64,000 nucleotides of DNA, taken from Callorhinchus milii. Lineage: Eukaryota. The notes beneath the pieces were generated by a model. That model was given only the letters and a program-made list of their open reading frames with translations. It did no database searches and was not told where the DNA came from. Made by a program: the position numbers and the translations under genes. Below are positions 39,560 through 52,324 of the stretch, one piece after another. The stretch is taken from the NCBI RefSeq assembly GCF_018977255.1, contig NW_024704743.1, positions 58,716,001 through 58,780,000 of the forward strand, given 5' to 3'. How positions within the stretch are numbered: position 1 is the stretch's first letter; each line of letters opens with the position of its first letter.

Positions 39560-40320
39560 CAAAATTGTGAATTATATCTTAATCTTAAGGGGGGTGAACG
39601 TACAGAGAGATTTGGGCGTTCAAGTAAGCGATTCATTGAAGGTGGCAGAGCAGGTAGATAGGGCAGTAAAAAGGGCATTTGGTATACTGAGCTTCATTAG
39701 TAAGGGCATAGAGTATAAGAGTAGGGAGGTTATCCTTATTCTGTACAAAACACTGGTTAGGCCTCAGCTTGAGTACTGCGTCCAGTTCTGGGCACCTTAC
39801 CTCAGGAAGGATATTAAGGCACTGGAAAGGGTACAGAGGAGATTCACGAGAATGATACCAGGAATGGGGAAGCTTAGCTATGAGGACAGGCTGGAAAAGT
39901 TAGGACTTTTCCCATTAGAGCAGAGAAGGTTACTCGGGGACCTGAAAGAGGTCTTCAAGATCATAAAAGGTTTCGACAGGCTAGATAAGGAAAAGCTGTT
40001 TCCGCTGGTAGGTGTGTCTGTGACTCGTGGTCATAGTCTTAAGATATCTACCAAAAGAAGCAGAGGGGAGGTTAGAAGAAATGTTTTCACTCAGCGAGTT
40101 GTTAGAATTTGGAATGATCTGCCCAAAAGGGCAGTGAAGTCCGATTCAAAAAGAGAGAACTGGATAGGTTTCTGGAGAAGACAGGTTTGCAGGGTTATGG
40201 GGAGAAAGCTGGTGTGGGGTTAATAAAAGTCAGTTGCTCTGTCAAAGAGCTGACACAGACTCGATGGGCCGAATGGCCTCCTTCTGTGCCGTAGCATTCT
40301 ATGATTCTATGATTCTATGA
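39560..40320 (+). mobile_element. CR1 LINE 3' end, comparatively young (ORF2 C-terminus mostly open)
   Basis: ORF 39567-40223 QRDLGVQV...LYKTLVRPQLEYCVQFWAPYLRKDIKALERVQRRFTRMIPG...TRGH...FTQRVVRIWNDLP; ends in the CR1 (ATTCTATG)n tail. Confidence 0.95.
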
Positions 40321-40974
40321 TATAATATTCAATCACGATAGATGTGAGAAATATTTCAGCAATCCTAGCACAAACTAATTGATCATTATAGCTACTGAAA
40401 TTTCTAGCTAATTATAACTTTTATTTATTCCTAAACATGCCTCAATAAGTGATTCACATGGATATGACTGTGTACAGTAAGGTCTTGATCCACTCATTAT
40501 AAAACGTGATTAAATATTGAATAACTCCTATTCCAAACCATACAAAGCCATAACATAATGACTATAGGTCAGCAAATAAAAATAGGATGTGGAAAAGTGG
40601 ATTTAAAAATAAACAGCTCCAGCTGCAATCACAACATTGGGTTTGTAATCGTGTTTTGAGGTCAACAGTTTGCTTTTGGACTTTTTGTTAGCCAAGAAAA
40701 GACCTCAAAAGTCCAATAAAAGACCAGAAAGCAAAACCAAAGCAAAAAGGATCTTTTTCGGCATTCAGGATTGTTTCTGTAATGTTTCTCCCCCACTGCC
40801 CTCATTCTGTAAGACATATATTAGTGAACCCCACGATTTCCATCACAAACCAGAATTCACTATTATCGCAGTGACCTCCAATTTATGAATTCTGTTTCAA
40901 TCACAGAGAGTTGCTGGGAGATTTCAAACTGAACTTGCTCCAAATGAGAAGTTAAACAGAACATTATAGCACAG

Positions 40975-41722
40975 ACAACAGCAAAATTACATTTGTATAG
41001 CGCCTTCACGTTGGGAGGGCGTTCCAAGACGCTGGACAATCAGTGTTTCGGACCCGACCTGGGGGGGTCAGGATTGGAGAGGGTGGAGGGCAGGCAGGGA
41101 AGAACAGTGATCGAAGGCATGGTGGAAGAGGAGAGACTTGAGATGGGTCTTGAAGGAAGCAAGAGAGGGGGCGAGGCGGAGCTACTCCAGGATGAAATTC
41201 CAGAGGATGGGGCCAGAGTGACTGAAGACCCGACTGCAATGGTGGGATGGGCAGGGAGGAGGATGTGAAGCAAGCCGGGGCCCGCTGAGCGTAGGGAGCG
41301 GGCAGCTTGGTAGGGGGTTAGGAGGTCACAGGGGTTGGGTGGGTGAGGCCATAGAGGGCTTTGAAAGTGAGGACCAGGATCTTGAACTGAATCCTCTGTG
41401 CGATGGGAAGCCAGTGGAGTGGGGCGAGGATGGAAGTGATAGGGTCACAGAGCCTAGTGCATAAAAGGACACAGGCTGCAGAGTTCTGGATGATCTGTAG
41501 CCTATGGAGGGAGGAGTTGAGGAGGCTGACAAGCAGGGGGTTTGCATAGTCAAACTTGGATGTCATGGATGCGTCCATGGGGGTTTCGGTGGCCTGTGGA
41601 GTGAAACAGTGGTGGAGCCGGGCGATATTGCGGAGGTGGGGGAAGGCTGAGTGTGTCATGGCATAGATGTGTGGTAGAAAGGATAGTTGAGGATCAAACA
41701 AGATGTCAAGGTTCCGGACTGC
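40975..41722 (-). mobile_element. L2 LINE 3' fragment
   Basis: ORF 41318-41701 HLRNIARL...DYANPLL...LQIIQNSAA...LHWLPIAQRIQFKILVLTFKALYGL; tail at ~40980. Confidence 0.92.
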
Positions 41723-41739
41723 CTTAGAAAGGTGAAGTG

Positions 41740-43290
41740 TGCTTCATCTCCAACCTCCCTCTTCGTTTCAAGGTCCTGGAATGAATCATTGCTTCCCAGC
41801 TTCACTCCTTCCTCTCCTGCCACTTCCTCAGATGTTCCTCAGGGATCTGTCTGTCTTTGGTCCCCCACTCTTCAACATCTACATGATCCCCCTTGGTGAC
41901 ATCATTCGCAGATGAGGATGACACTCTGCCCCCACCCTTGACTCCAGGACCACTGTTGTCCTGACAGAATGTCTGTCAGACATCAAGTCCTGGATGAGAG
42001 CTAACTTTCTACAGTTGGACGTCAACAAGACCAAGGCTCTCCTGCTTGGCTCTGGTCAACTCCTCCACACCTCGAGCGCTGACAGCATCACCATCCATGG
42101 AGAGAACTCTACATCTCACTGAGCCAGTAGGGAACCTTGGTGTCTTGTTCGATCCTCCACTATCCTTTTTACCCCCATTCGTGCCATGAACCCTCTGCCT
42201 TCCACCACCTCCGCAATATCACGTCACTCCCCCACTGTCTCTCCTCTCAGGCTACCGAGACCCTCATCCACACATTTATCACATCAATACTAGACTACAC
42301 TAATTTCCTGTTTGACGCCATCCCAACTCTTCCCTCCACAAGCTGTAGATTATTCAGAACTCTGCAATTCATGTCTTCTCAAGCACCAAGCTCCGCGACT
42401 CAAAAGTGGATTGCTTTCCCAACGGTAATAATCCCTTAAAAAATAATAATAATAAATGACTGTTGTGGATTGTGGGACACTGCTATGTACATCATCGCCC
42501 AGCTCCACTGGCTCCTCATCCTCTCAGAAGATAGATTCCTGTAGCTTAGTCCTCTAAGCTACAGGACTCAGTTAGAGAGCTCGCCTTGCAAATGAGAGGA
42601 CCTGGGTTCGATTCCGGGCAGGTTGAAACAATGAGCAAGTTTCCTTACTCTACGCACCTCTGTTTACCTAGCAGTAAGTAGGAACCCAGTTGTTAGTCAT
42701 TTGGTGGATTGCTTTTCCAACGGTAATAATCCCTTAAAAAATAATAATAATAAATGACTGTTGTGGATTGTGGGACACTGCTATGTACAATTGGCTGCCA
42801 TGTTTCGCCCGTAAAATATACAGTCAATTCACTTCACAATATATTCTGTGAAGCGCTTTGAGATGTCTCAAAGACGTGAAAAGGCGCTATATAAAATGCA
42901 AGGATTATAATTTGAGTTCAAAATCCTTGTCCTCGGCCTCAAAGCCCTCCACTGCCTTGCTCCTCCCTACCTCTCTGGCCTGCTAACTCCATACTGACCT
43001 GCTCGTTCCCTCTGCTGAGCGGACTCTGGCCAGCTCCATTGCCACTAGCCTCCCTGCCCCACCATTAGCAGTTGGGCCTTGGATCTCCATTCCACAGTCC
43101 CTTCGCCTCACCCCCTCCATTGCCTTCTTCAAAGCCCATCTCATGACCCTAGTTTTCGACTGCACCTTTGGTCACCCTCCAACCTCCCTGCCCTCCTACC
43201 CCCCCCACTGATCCCAATCCCCAGCTCGGGTGTGGATCCTCAACTGTCCAATACCATGGGATGTCTTCCCAAAGTGAAAGGCGCTATACA
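41740..43290 (+). mobile_element. L2 LINE 3' ~1.1 kb interrupted by a SINE (42534-42912) and a templated 86-bp insert
   Basis: gttcctcagggatct (VPQGS), gacatcaagtcctggatg (DIKSWM), HLRNITSL...ETLIHTFITSILDY; tail gaaaggcgctatacaaatgtaatttgttgttg. Confidence 0.9.
42534..42912 (+). mobile_element. tRNA-Ala-headed SINE inserted in L2
   Basis: gagaggacctgggttcgattccgggcagg, cctctgtttacctagcagtaagtagg, tail aaaatgcaaggattataat. Confidence 0.9.
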
Positions 43291-43584
43291 AATGTAATTT
43301 GTTGTTGTTTACTATGTTAATGCTATCTACTTCAACAAATGCAGAGAGACAAAAATGTGTTTTTTTAGAAAAAAATTAAAACAGACAAGTACTTTGCTGA
43401 CTGACAAAATGTTCTACAACATATTTATAAAATCCTACAGTTCAGTCCAACTGCTGCTTTTGAGAACTTTCTGAAATGAACCTACAAAGTTTCTAGATGG
43501 TGAATTACATGTTGATTTAGTCTGATCTTTCCAAACATTTTAATTTTAAACTAAAGGTCATGCTCCAATCACATCATAATTACT

Positions 43585-43933
43585 ATAATATAATAATAAT
43601 CCTTGCATTTGATATAGTTCCTTATATAAATGTCTCAAAGCGCTTCACATAATATAATGTAAAGTAAATTGACTGTATATTTTGTGGGTGATATGCGGCA
43701 ATCACAGCAGTGCCCCACAAACTAAAGTCATGGATTGAGCGACCAATTATTATTTTTTTTTGAAAAGATTTTTATACCTGGAAAAGCGATCTGTCAATAA
43801 ACTAACAACCAGGTTCCAGCTTACTGCTCGGTAAACAGAGGTGTGTGGAACTTGCTCAACATTCCACCCTGCCCAGGAACCCAGGTCCTCGATTGCGAGA
43901 CAAGTTATCTAACCACTAAGCTACAGGACTCCA
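43585..43933 (-). mobile_element. Full-length tRNA-Ala-headed SINE, followed by a short (GAAT)n at ~43943-43980
   Basis: Ends ctaaccactaagctacaggactcc (reverse complement of the head); tail aataatccttgcatttgatata at ~43595. Confidence 0.88.
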
Positions 43934-46523
43934 CATTATTGCATGAATGAATGAATGAATGAATGAATAAGTGAATGAATTGACTTTTTAATCCCATACA
44001 ATACATCTCATCGAGACCAATATAAGTATTGGTCAGACACACGCATATATAGAGAGATAGGAACTATGTATTTTATATGTAGGTCAAAGTAGAGAACCTA
44101 AGCCATTAATAAACAGAAAGAACTCAATCTGTGGTAAAATAATTACTACATCAAACAAAAGAGCCTGAGGCTTAGCTATCACTCAGCACTTCCAATACCA
44201 TTAAAATCTACAAAGTTTAATCTAGGAGGAATGCAGTCTTCTAAATTATATTTTACATCCACTTGCCACATCCTGGAGCATCTAAAGATCTGTTGGTCAA
44301 ACTAGATATTTATTAACCTGCATTCTTCCTTGAGGCACCAGTTCCAATCACATCATATATTTTACATCAGTGAGCTGATGTAGTAGTCAGAGCTCATTAC
44401 TGAAAATCTTAGTGAATGACAAGTGACTTCTATCTGCAGAAAATTATTTCACACAGAGGTAATCAGAATGAAGCAATAGATAAGGACTAGACCATATGAA
44501 AATGGGTTCTCAATTACTGAAGGGTATCATGAAAAACTGCTCTGAATTCTTCAAATCCCATGAAAGGGCAGAATAACTTGAATCACTTTGCTTTGATCCA
44601 CTTCATGTTGAGCATTACAAGATGAATAAGCTTAAGTGAGATGGTAGCGGCTGTAAGAAAGCAGGAAGACCAAAAGTCGCATGGTGCTATTCACTTCACT
44701 GAGTCAATTTTAATCTGATTTTTCAGGTAAGATTCAAAGAACATGAATCCGCAGCAGTGTCAGTTTAGGATACACATTGGAAGGCATTTGCTATACCAGA
44801 TCAATATTATTTCATGGCAGTCAGCACAAAATTGTTTCTCTGAAAATATGTACAAAAGGAATTGTGCCGTGTGATGCATATTGTGACTCTAATAAATAAA
44901 TTGCTATGGTAAACATCAATCTTCATTGATCCTGCTCAGGAGCTAAAAATGGAGCGATAGCTAAAATAGAAACCCACATGAAGGAATCACTGAAGAGCAG
45001 CCATATGAGAAAATTAAAATTTTAAACCGTGAATTGAAAGAGTCGATTTCCCTAAGTAAACAATTGATGTGGGTTGCCTCTGAACATGTCAGAGGTATTG
45101 CTGGCCTTGTCAGCAGTCTAGCCATCAGCCCCACCAGCACTTCAACTGTCTCATTCACAATCAGCTGAGTCTACAAAATGTAATCTTGTTTCATAGGTTC
45201 AGCAGAAGTGGCACAGAGATGGTCAGGGTAAATTACAGGCTTGTATGGGTCCTGATTTGATTTTAAAACTGTAAACGAACAGACTGCCAATCTTAGAGAC
45301 ATGATCCCAAACCCAAGTAGAGACCTGAGGAGAGCAATTCTTCTTGACGTTAAGTGAAGCAATTTTAACGATATGCATTCATCACTGTGTCAGCAATTTA
45401 TCTTTGACCATCTGTAGCTTTGCATAATACACAGAGTATGCTTATGTTCTTTGGGAGTTCATGAGTGGTATCGAATACTGCATTTGGGTAAGTTGCCTTT
45501 TTGCAAGTGACTGGTAATGAAGAACAATAAGTTTGTTATGGGTACAATGCTAAAACATAGATTTGACATAAAAAATGCAAAAGTAGTTAACTCTTTCTGG
45601 TTCCTTTACATTATTGTGATACAATATTCTGCAGGCACACATTGATAATGAATCTGTACATCAATTCACAACCTGTAGTTCGTTTTGTAGAAAAAGGATA
45701 ACGTACAAATCAACATGGAGAAATGCCTTCTAGGTCTCCTCCATGAATAATTTAATTGAAATATATTTACAATGTGTCATACTCAGGCGGTCACAAAACT
45801 ATCTCAACTTGATATGACGTATATCCCGACATTCCCTCCATGTGCCTTGCCTCTAAGTATTTTTCTAATTAAAAAAAAGTAATATGTAACATAGGTCAAC
45901 CATCAGCATAGATCAAATAATAATAATAATCCTTGCGATTTATTTTGTTGTTGAGACGCCTCAAAGTACTTCACAGAATATACTGTAAAGTGAATTGACT
46001 GTGGACAAAATAAATAAGCAGAATTAAGAAATGCAAGACTGATCCTGACTATCTAGAATCTTAGTAAAAGGTTTCTGATTGCAACACTATTCCCAACTTC
46101 CCAGAGTTACATCAATTTAACAGGTATAAAAATGTGAATTTATCAGAACCAAATAATATACACCAAGAAGCCTCTCTATCATCTTAACACCTCAGAAGAA
46201 CTAGAACTGGCATTTTCCAATCCTTCTATATAAACTGCCTTAACATATTAATTTCTATAAATACTATCAAAGGTAATGCAACATGAACACCAGAACAGAC
46301 CAGAAGGTCTGAAATTCTACTTAGTAGAATCACGTTTTAAAATTTAAGACAAATCACGGAAAACTCTTAAATTAGTTTAGTTTTCTTAAGAACTGCTGGA
46401 ACTGGTTTCTAAATTAAGACTGATTTAACAATTCTGTATAATCTTAAATTTTAAGACAATGATTTTACAAGCTAAGACTAGGTGGAACTTTGAGCTTCAG
46501 CACCGCACATCATAAACGTACGA

Positions 46524-46789
46524 GGAGAAAGTCAACCTGGGTCTATATTTATTCTATTTATGTAGCATTTTAGACAATACAAAATACAAAATTATATTTG
46601 TAAAGCACCTTTCACGTTGGGAGGACGTCCCAGTCCAGAATTTGGCAAATTGTTGAATTTGATCTTAACTTTGAGGTTAATTCTTAAAACAACTTCAGAA
46701 TGAAGTCTGTATTTCAGAATTTGCTAAGTTCTGGACACTCTGAAATGCTGTATAAACAGAGTAAATATAGACCTAGATGGAATTTCTCC
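46524..46789. mobile_element. Palindromic MITE-like element with an L2 tail inserted in the left arm
   Basis: Left ggagaaagtcaacctgggtctatatttattctatttatgtagcattttaga + gtccagaatttggcaaattg versus right reverse complement ggagaaattccatctaggtctatatttactctgtttatacagcatttcaga + gtccagaacttagcaaattc. Confidence 0.7.
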
Positions 46790-47754
46790 ATAACAGGAGG
46801 TTTTTAGCCAGAAGGTGGTGAATTTCATCTGCACAAATGAAATGGGCAGCTATGTCATAATTGAGAGTATGAGGGAAACAAAGATCGATGTTTGAAAATA
46901 AGGGATCACGTCTAATGCTATCAGATTAAATACATCATTGACTCAAACAAGTAAAACTCATAAAAACTCCTCAAACAGAGTCCGATTTGCAGTTCCCTGC
47001 AAACGTCAACCATGCTAATAGCATTACCATAGAGACGTCTTCTATAGGATTTCTATGAGCGTGACAGCTGGTAAGAGATCTCATCAACTATGCGTACCCA
47101 AAGGACAAGCTTTGAGAGGCTAAATATCCATCAGACCAAAGTGGAATATTTTAAAATTGCAGTCTTTACAGATGGCATAGCTGTATTCCTCCTGTGATTA
47201 AAAGTTAAAGCGCTGTGAACATTAGGTAGTAATGTTCAAGGAGCAATATTCTGAAATACTATCTGTTTAAAGGTCACAAGAGAAATAAGCATTGAAATAA
47301 AAATAATCTTGCATTAGATACAGCGCCTATAATATCAAAACATCACAAAGCTCTTCAGAGTAATTACTGCTAAGTCTAGTGACTATGTGTTTATTTATAG
47401 GACAACACAGCAATATCCCACAGATATGAAGGGAACAGTCAATTTATTTTTAGAGGATTGTTGTCCAGGACATCGGAAGAAACTCCATTTTCCTTTGATT
47501 AAACAGGCATGCACTAAACAGTCTGTTTAATGTCTCATCCAAAGGACAGTACCTCCAACAATGCAATACTTTACCAACACTGCACAAGCTCAAAGTTTCT
47601 GACATGGGGTTTAAAACCACGACCTAACCTGCAATGAGAAATCCCAATCCAGCAACTGGGGTGGAAATAAACCCATTGACATAATAGGGGGAAAGTCTCT
47701 TAGTTCACTGAACCTTGCATTCAATTGTAAACTTGAACTTGGTTAAAATAACTC

Positions 47755-47985
47755 CACTGTAAAGTGGTTTGACTGTATTTTGCAGGCGAAATGCGATAGC
47801 TAGTTGTGCACAGCAAATGTCCCACAAACAGCCATGGAGTGAGTGACCAATTTTCTTTGAGGGATTGTTGGCCAGGACACCATAAGTAACTCCCTTCTCT
47901 TTTTGAATGGTGCCATGGGATGTTTGACATCCACCTGGGCAGGTAGATGGATATTGATTTAACATCTCATCTGAAGGATGGATAA
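47755..47985 (-). mobile_element. DeuSINE 3' half
   Basis: ggccaggacacc...gtgccatgggatg...catccacctgggcagg...tttaacatctcatctgaagga. Confidence 0.75.
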
Positions 47986-48359
47986 GACATTAAACCAAAT
48001 TTTGTGGGCATTACTATAAATTTACAAAACCTAAATTTAAATTCAAATCTAATAATATAATAATTATTGGATTTCATAAATTGGCATTCACATCGGAGGA
48101 CGTCTCAAAATGCTTCACAGAATTTACTATCAATTTTAGTTACTGTGTATTTTTGTCTTTTTGTACATTTATGTCTCCAACAACAGTGTAATGAAGAACA
48201 ATATGTTTCCTTTCCCAAAGTGGCTGTCTATGTCAATAATGAGAAAGGTCATACAGGTGACCAAACCAATTTCTTCCCCACAATACACAGCATCATTATA
48301 GACTCTCACTCTCGTCTTCCCCCTCCTATAATTTATTCACTTATTAGGAACATTGCATT

Positions 48360-48780
48360 ATCTCAGTTGTCAGTGGTAGTTTTCTTGTTTTGAGCCAGAT
48401 GATTGTGGGTTCAAGCCACAGTCAGGACTTCGAGCTCACAGTCCAGGCTGACACTCTGGTGCAGTCCAGGGAGAGTACTACAATGTCAACTGAAATGTTA
48501 AATCAAGGTTCCATCTGCCGTTCAGGTCAATGTTAAAGAACCCAATGATACTGGGACGTCCTCCCGACGTGAAAGGCGCTCAATAAATGGAATCTTGTTG
48601 TTGTTGTACTGTTCAAAAGGAGCAGGGAGATCTGCCGAATAAAATTGATTTACTTTATAGCCGTTTGTGGAAAGTCACATTTGTCAACAAATACATAGTT
48701 TCTTTACTTCACAAAAAATCCTTTGAAAAATTTTGATGATGTGATTAGGACCATATCAAACATAAGGATTATTATTAGCC
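48360..48780 (+). mobile_element. DeuSINE with an L2 tail inserted at ~48552-48606
   Basis: gttgtgggttcaag-like B box, aggctgacactctggtgcag, caggtcaatgttaaagaacc; tactg duplication at 48549-48553 / 48607-48611. Confidence 0.75.
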
Positions 48781-50509
48781 CTCCCAGAATACCCATCTAC
48801 TTCTCCTGCCCCACATCCACCTTCATCTCTGACCCAGCAGCGTTGTTGATCATGTTGATTAAGTACTGTATGTGGCTGTCTGTTAACAGGCGTGAAAATT
48901 CAGTATCAACTAATAACCAAATGTGTGTCACGCCAACCTATAAGAACTCTGCCCTGACCATAAAAAGAAGTAGATTGCATTAGAGCAAAGTTAGTGAAGC
49001 ATATCCAGTTAAGGCAGGATTTGATACTTACAAATATGAATGTTCTCAACTGGAAAATCTCCACAGAATGTGTTCCTGATTTCAGACACATCCCCTGAGA
49101 ACCTTGTGCTTTTATCACTACAAATCAAACTCTCATAGAAGCCAGCCACAGAGCGTGTTTAGCAATAATCCTACCCAAGCTATAGTCCAATAAGATTTTT
49201 ATGCACTAATTATTTACTCCAAAATACTTAGAATTTAAATTTAAAATCTTTAAACCTCAGCTGCGTTTAGACTTAAAGTGACGTGAATTTTTGGAACCCA
49301 CAAATTTGGATATTTTTTCCCCAAAATTAAATTATTTGTCAAATTACAAAAAAAAGTATTGTTGTTTATGAAGAACAGATATTTATACTTACTCATGATT
49401 TGATTTAAAATGTATAAGTAACTATGTTGAAAGTTGCAAGCTCACTGATCCAAGAAATGAACCCATGAATACATTTGTGAACTACAACCTACAGTAATGA
49501 GCATTTTGCCCTGATGCATTTCGATACATATGTGTCAATTGCTTTATGCAAAATAAAACATTTATAGAACATAAATACCTGGACAATTTTCTTGCCATCT
49601 TACATCCTAAACTAAACAATCCACTCGATCATACTGATACACTACATAAAATACAAAGCTCATTTAATAATAATTTATTATTCTATTGTACACACAAAAA
49701 ACAGCTGTAAACCCAATACAATTACATCAGCAACACAGAGGTGACCTGAATAAGAATATAGAAGTCTGCAGAAGCAACATGAAATCATACATGCACTATT
49801 AAAATCAAAACAGTGCATTGTTTTGCGGGCACAAACAGAGTTGAAAAATGCAAAGCAGGGGGGAAAAAAATAGGAATGTGATTCTAGAAAAGATACTGGC
49901 CGCTTTCAGACTCCAAGTACCACAAATAATACAAAACACTCATGTTGAGACTCATTTTGCTCATAGTATTTAAAAACTAAACAAAAGTTCTCCTTCAAGT
50001 GCTGCATCATCACAATCACTGTAGACATGATGGATTCTCATTCCGTGTAATACTACTTTGAAATGTAAATTGCATTTTAAGATTACGGGTCTGCTTTGAA
50101 AAGAAATCTAGCTTCTAATCCTATTTTATGAAATTGTTAATCTTCAAGACGTAGTGAATATGTTGGCTGCTCTTGAGTAGTTTGAAGATATCTTGGCTGT
50201 GTGTTTTAACGAGGCAGTCCAGTATAAATGTGAACCTGGAATGGGAGATAACACAAGAGGCACACCCCAAGCAATTTATTTTCTTCCATTTTTAACGTCT
50301 TGAAAATAATGTTCTTCTTCAGAAAAGATTTCTTACTTTTAGAATATTCTGACTTTAACACAGTTCTTTTGTCGTCGTCCCCCACCTCACCCACTCCCTT
50401 CCAACGTTTTCACCCACAAATACAGTCACTACACTTTACAGAATTTGTGAAGCACTTTTGGATGATAGATATTATAGAAGCTAATAATAAATAAATAATG
50501 CTCACATTT

Positions 50510-50830
50510 CTTCAGATGTCTCAAAGCGCTTCATAGAGTATCCTGTAAAAGGAATTGACTGTATATTTTGTGGGAGAAACTCGGCAGCCAATTGCGCACA
50601 GCAGTGTCCCACAAACAATTGTGGATTGAGTGACCAATGNTTTTTTAAGGAATTATTACCCCGGACAAGCAATCCGCCAATCGACTAACAACTGAGTTCC
50701 TACGTACTGGTAGGTAAACAGAGGTGTGTAGAGTAAGGAAACTTGCCCAACTTTTTGCCATGCCGCGAATCCATCCAAGTGTCTCGCTTGCGAGGCGAAT
50801 GATCTAACCATTGAGCTATAGGACTCCATA
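50510..50830 (-). mobile_element. tRNA-Ala-headed SINE nested in another SINE tail
   Basis: tctcgcttgcgaggcga...ctaaccattgagctataggactcc is the reverse complement of the head with a CGC anticodon. Confidence 0.85.
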
Positions 50831-52324
50831 CTGTAGGAGCTATATCACATGCAAGGATGATTATGATTATTAATAAGAAGAACATTCATTATTGTTAACA
50901 ATATTGACGATAAGGACATTCATTATTATGCTATTAATAATTATTATTATTAACAATATTGCCTCCTCACTTCTTTCCTGAAGGCAAGGGGCAGGGTAGC
51001 TTACACTCAGGGACAGTTTTATGGGTGTATTGCTCAAGTGGCCATTTTTCATATTTTAACCTAGATAATGTGCATTAGCAGGTGTTGAGTAATTTGAAGC
51101 TACAAAATGAACAATTCTCTAGGGTTAGGACTCATTGTGAAACAAAAAAGGAGGTAGAGTTTGCTTGGGGGCATTTTCTTACCGTCAATGGATGCAAACT
51201 TTATTCACAACTTTAACATTACCATTCTCCACTTCAGCAAACACATTTAAAATATTCATACACTGAGAACACTAAAACAGGAAACGTCTCTTGAAGAGGC
51301 AACTATACAAAGCACACAGCACAGAATATATTTAAAAATGCCAATTATTGTTAACAATTATAAACGTCATTGACATATTTCACATAATAGACACATGCAT
51401 GTGGGATATTGATGGTTTGATGAACCAAACAGGTAGATCATTGGGAGTAATCGCCCTGTCATCCACTCAACAACTCTTCAATGTACTCTTGCCATGTCAA
51501 TCCAGTCAGTGCAAGTGAGGTACAGTATACCAGCTACTATTGCCTTACGTGCACTATTCAGGTTATACTGACCATACTTGGTTAAATGCACAAGTCTTCT
51601 GTGAAACAAAACCTAGCCAACTTGCACATGTACATGTCTCCCAATATCATGCATCATACAGGCCTAGGTGTCAGGTTGGCTCTCTTCCTAGTAATCTTAC
51701 TTTTGGGTTTGGAGGTTGTGGATTCAAACCCACATTGGAACTTAAGATCATATTCTAGACTAAGACTCCAATACTGGAGGAAATGCCAATTTTTTCCAGG
51801 TGGGTGTTAAAGATACTATGGCACTGTTCAGAAAAAGAGAAGACAGTTTATTCCAGTATCCTGGCCAACAATCCTCCAAATACATTAGTCATTGACCTTG
51901 AAAATGTTTGTGGGTCGTAACTGAGGAATAACCAGATGTTTTGCTTAAGTCTCTACACTTGACAATAATTATTGTAATTTTCAATAAGTATTGTAAGGTG
52001 GTGCGAGGCATTGTGACATGATAAGACTCTACAGAAAAATGTAAATTCTTTCTTGTATGTGAACAAGGGTGCTGAATTTCAGAGGAAGCCAGAGTATGCA
52101 GGAAACTAATATCTAGTTAATGGCTGAGGTGTGAAACTATTTTGCACCCAAAATATTCACTTTACAGTATAGCCTGTGAAGCACTTTGAGATGGCTCAAT
52201 GATGTGATAAGGTGCTATATCAAATGCAAGGATTATTGCAATGTAGAGCCTTCTACAAACTATAATCTAAATAGGGAGAAAAAGAAAACTGCAAAAAGGC
52301 AAAGGTCATTATAATGCAAACCAC

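Noticed and set aside
39567..40223. 218-aa ORF as a host gene
   Set aside because: It is a 5'-truncated CR1 ORF2 C-terminus followed by the CR1 tail.
46496..46515. REST/RE1 site (ttcagcacc; also ggtgctgaa at ~52068)
   Set aside because: Only the left half-site is present; the GGACAG half is missing.
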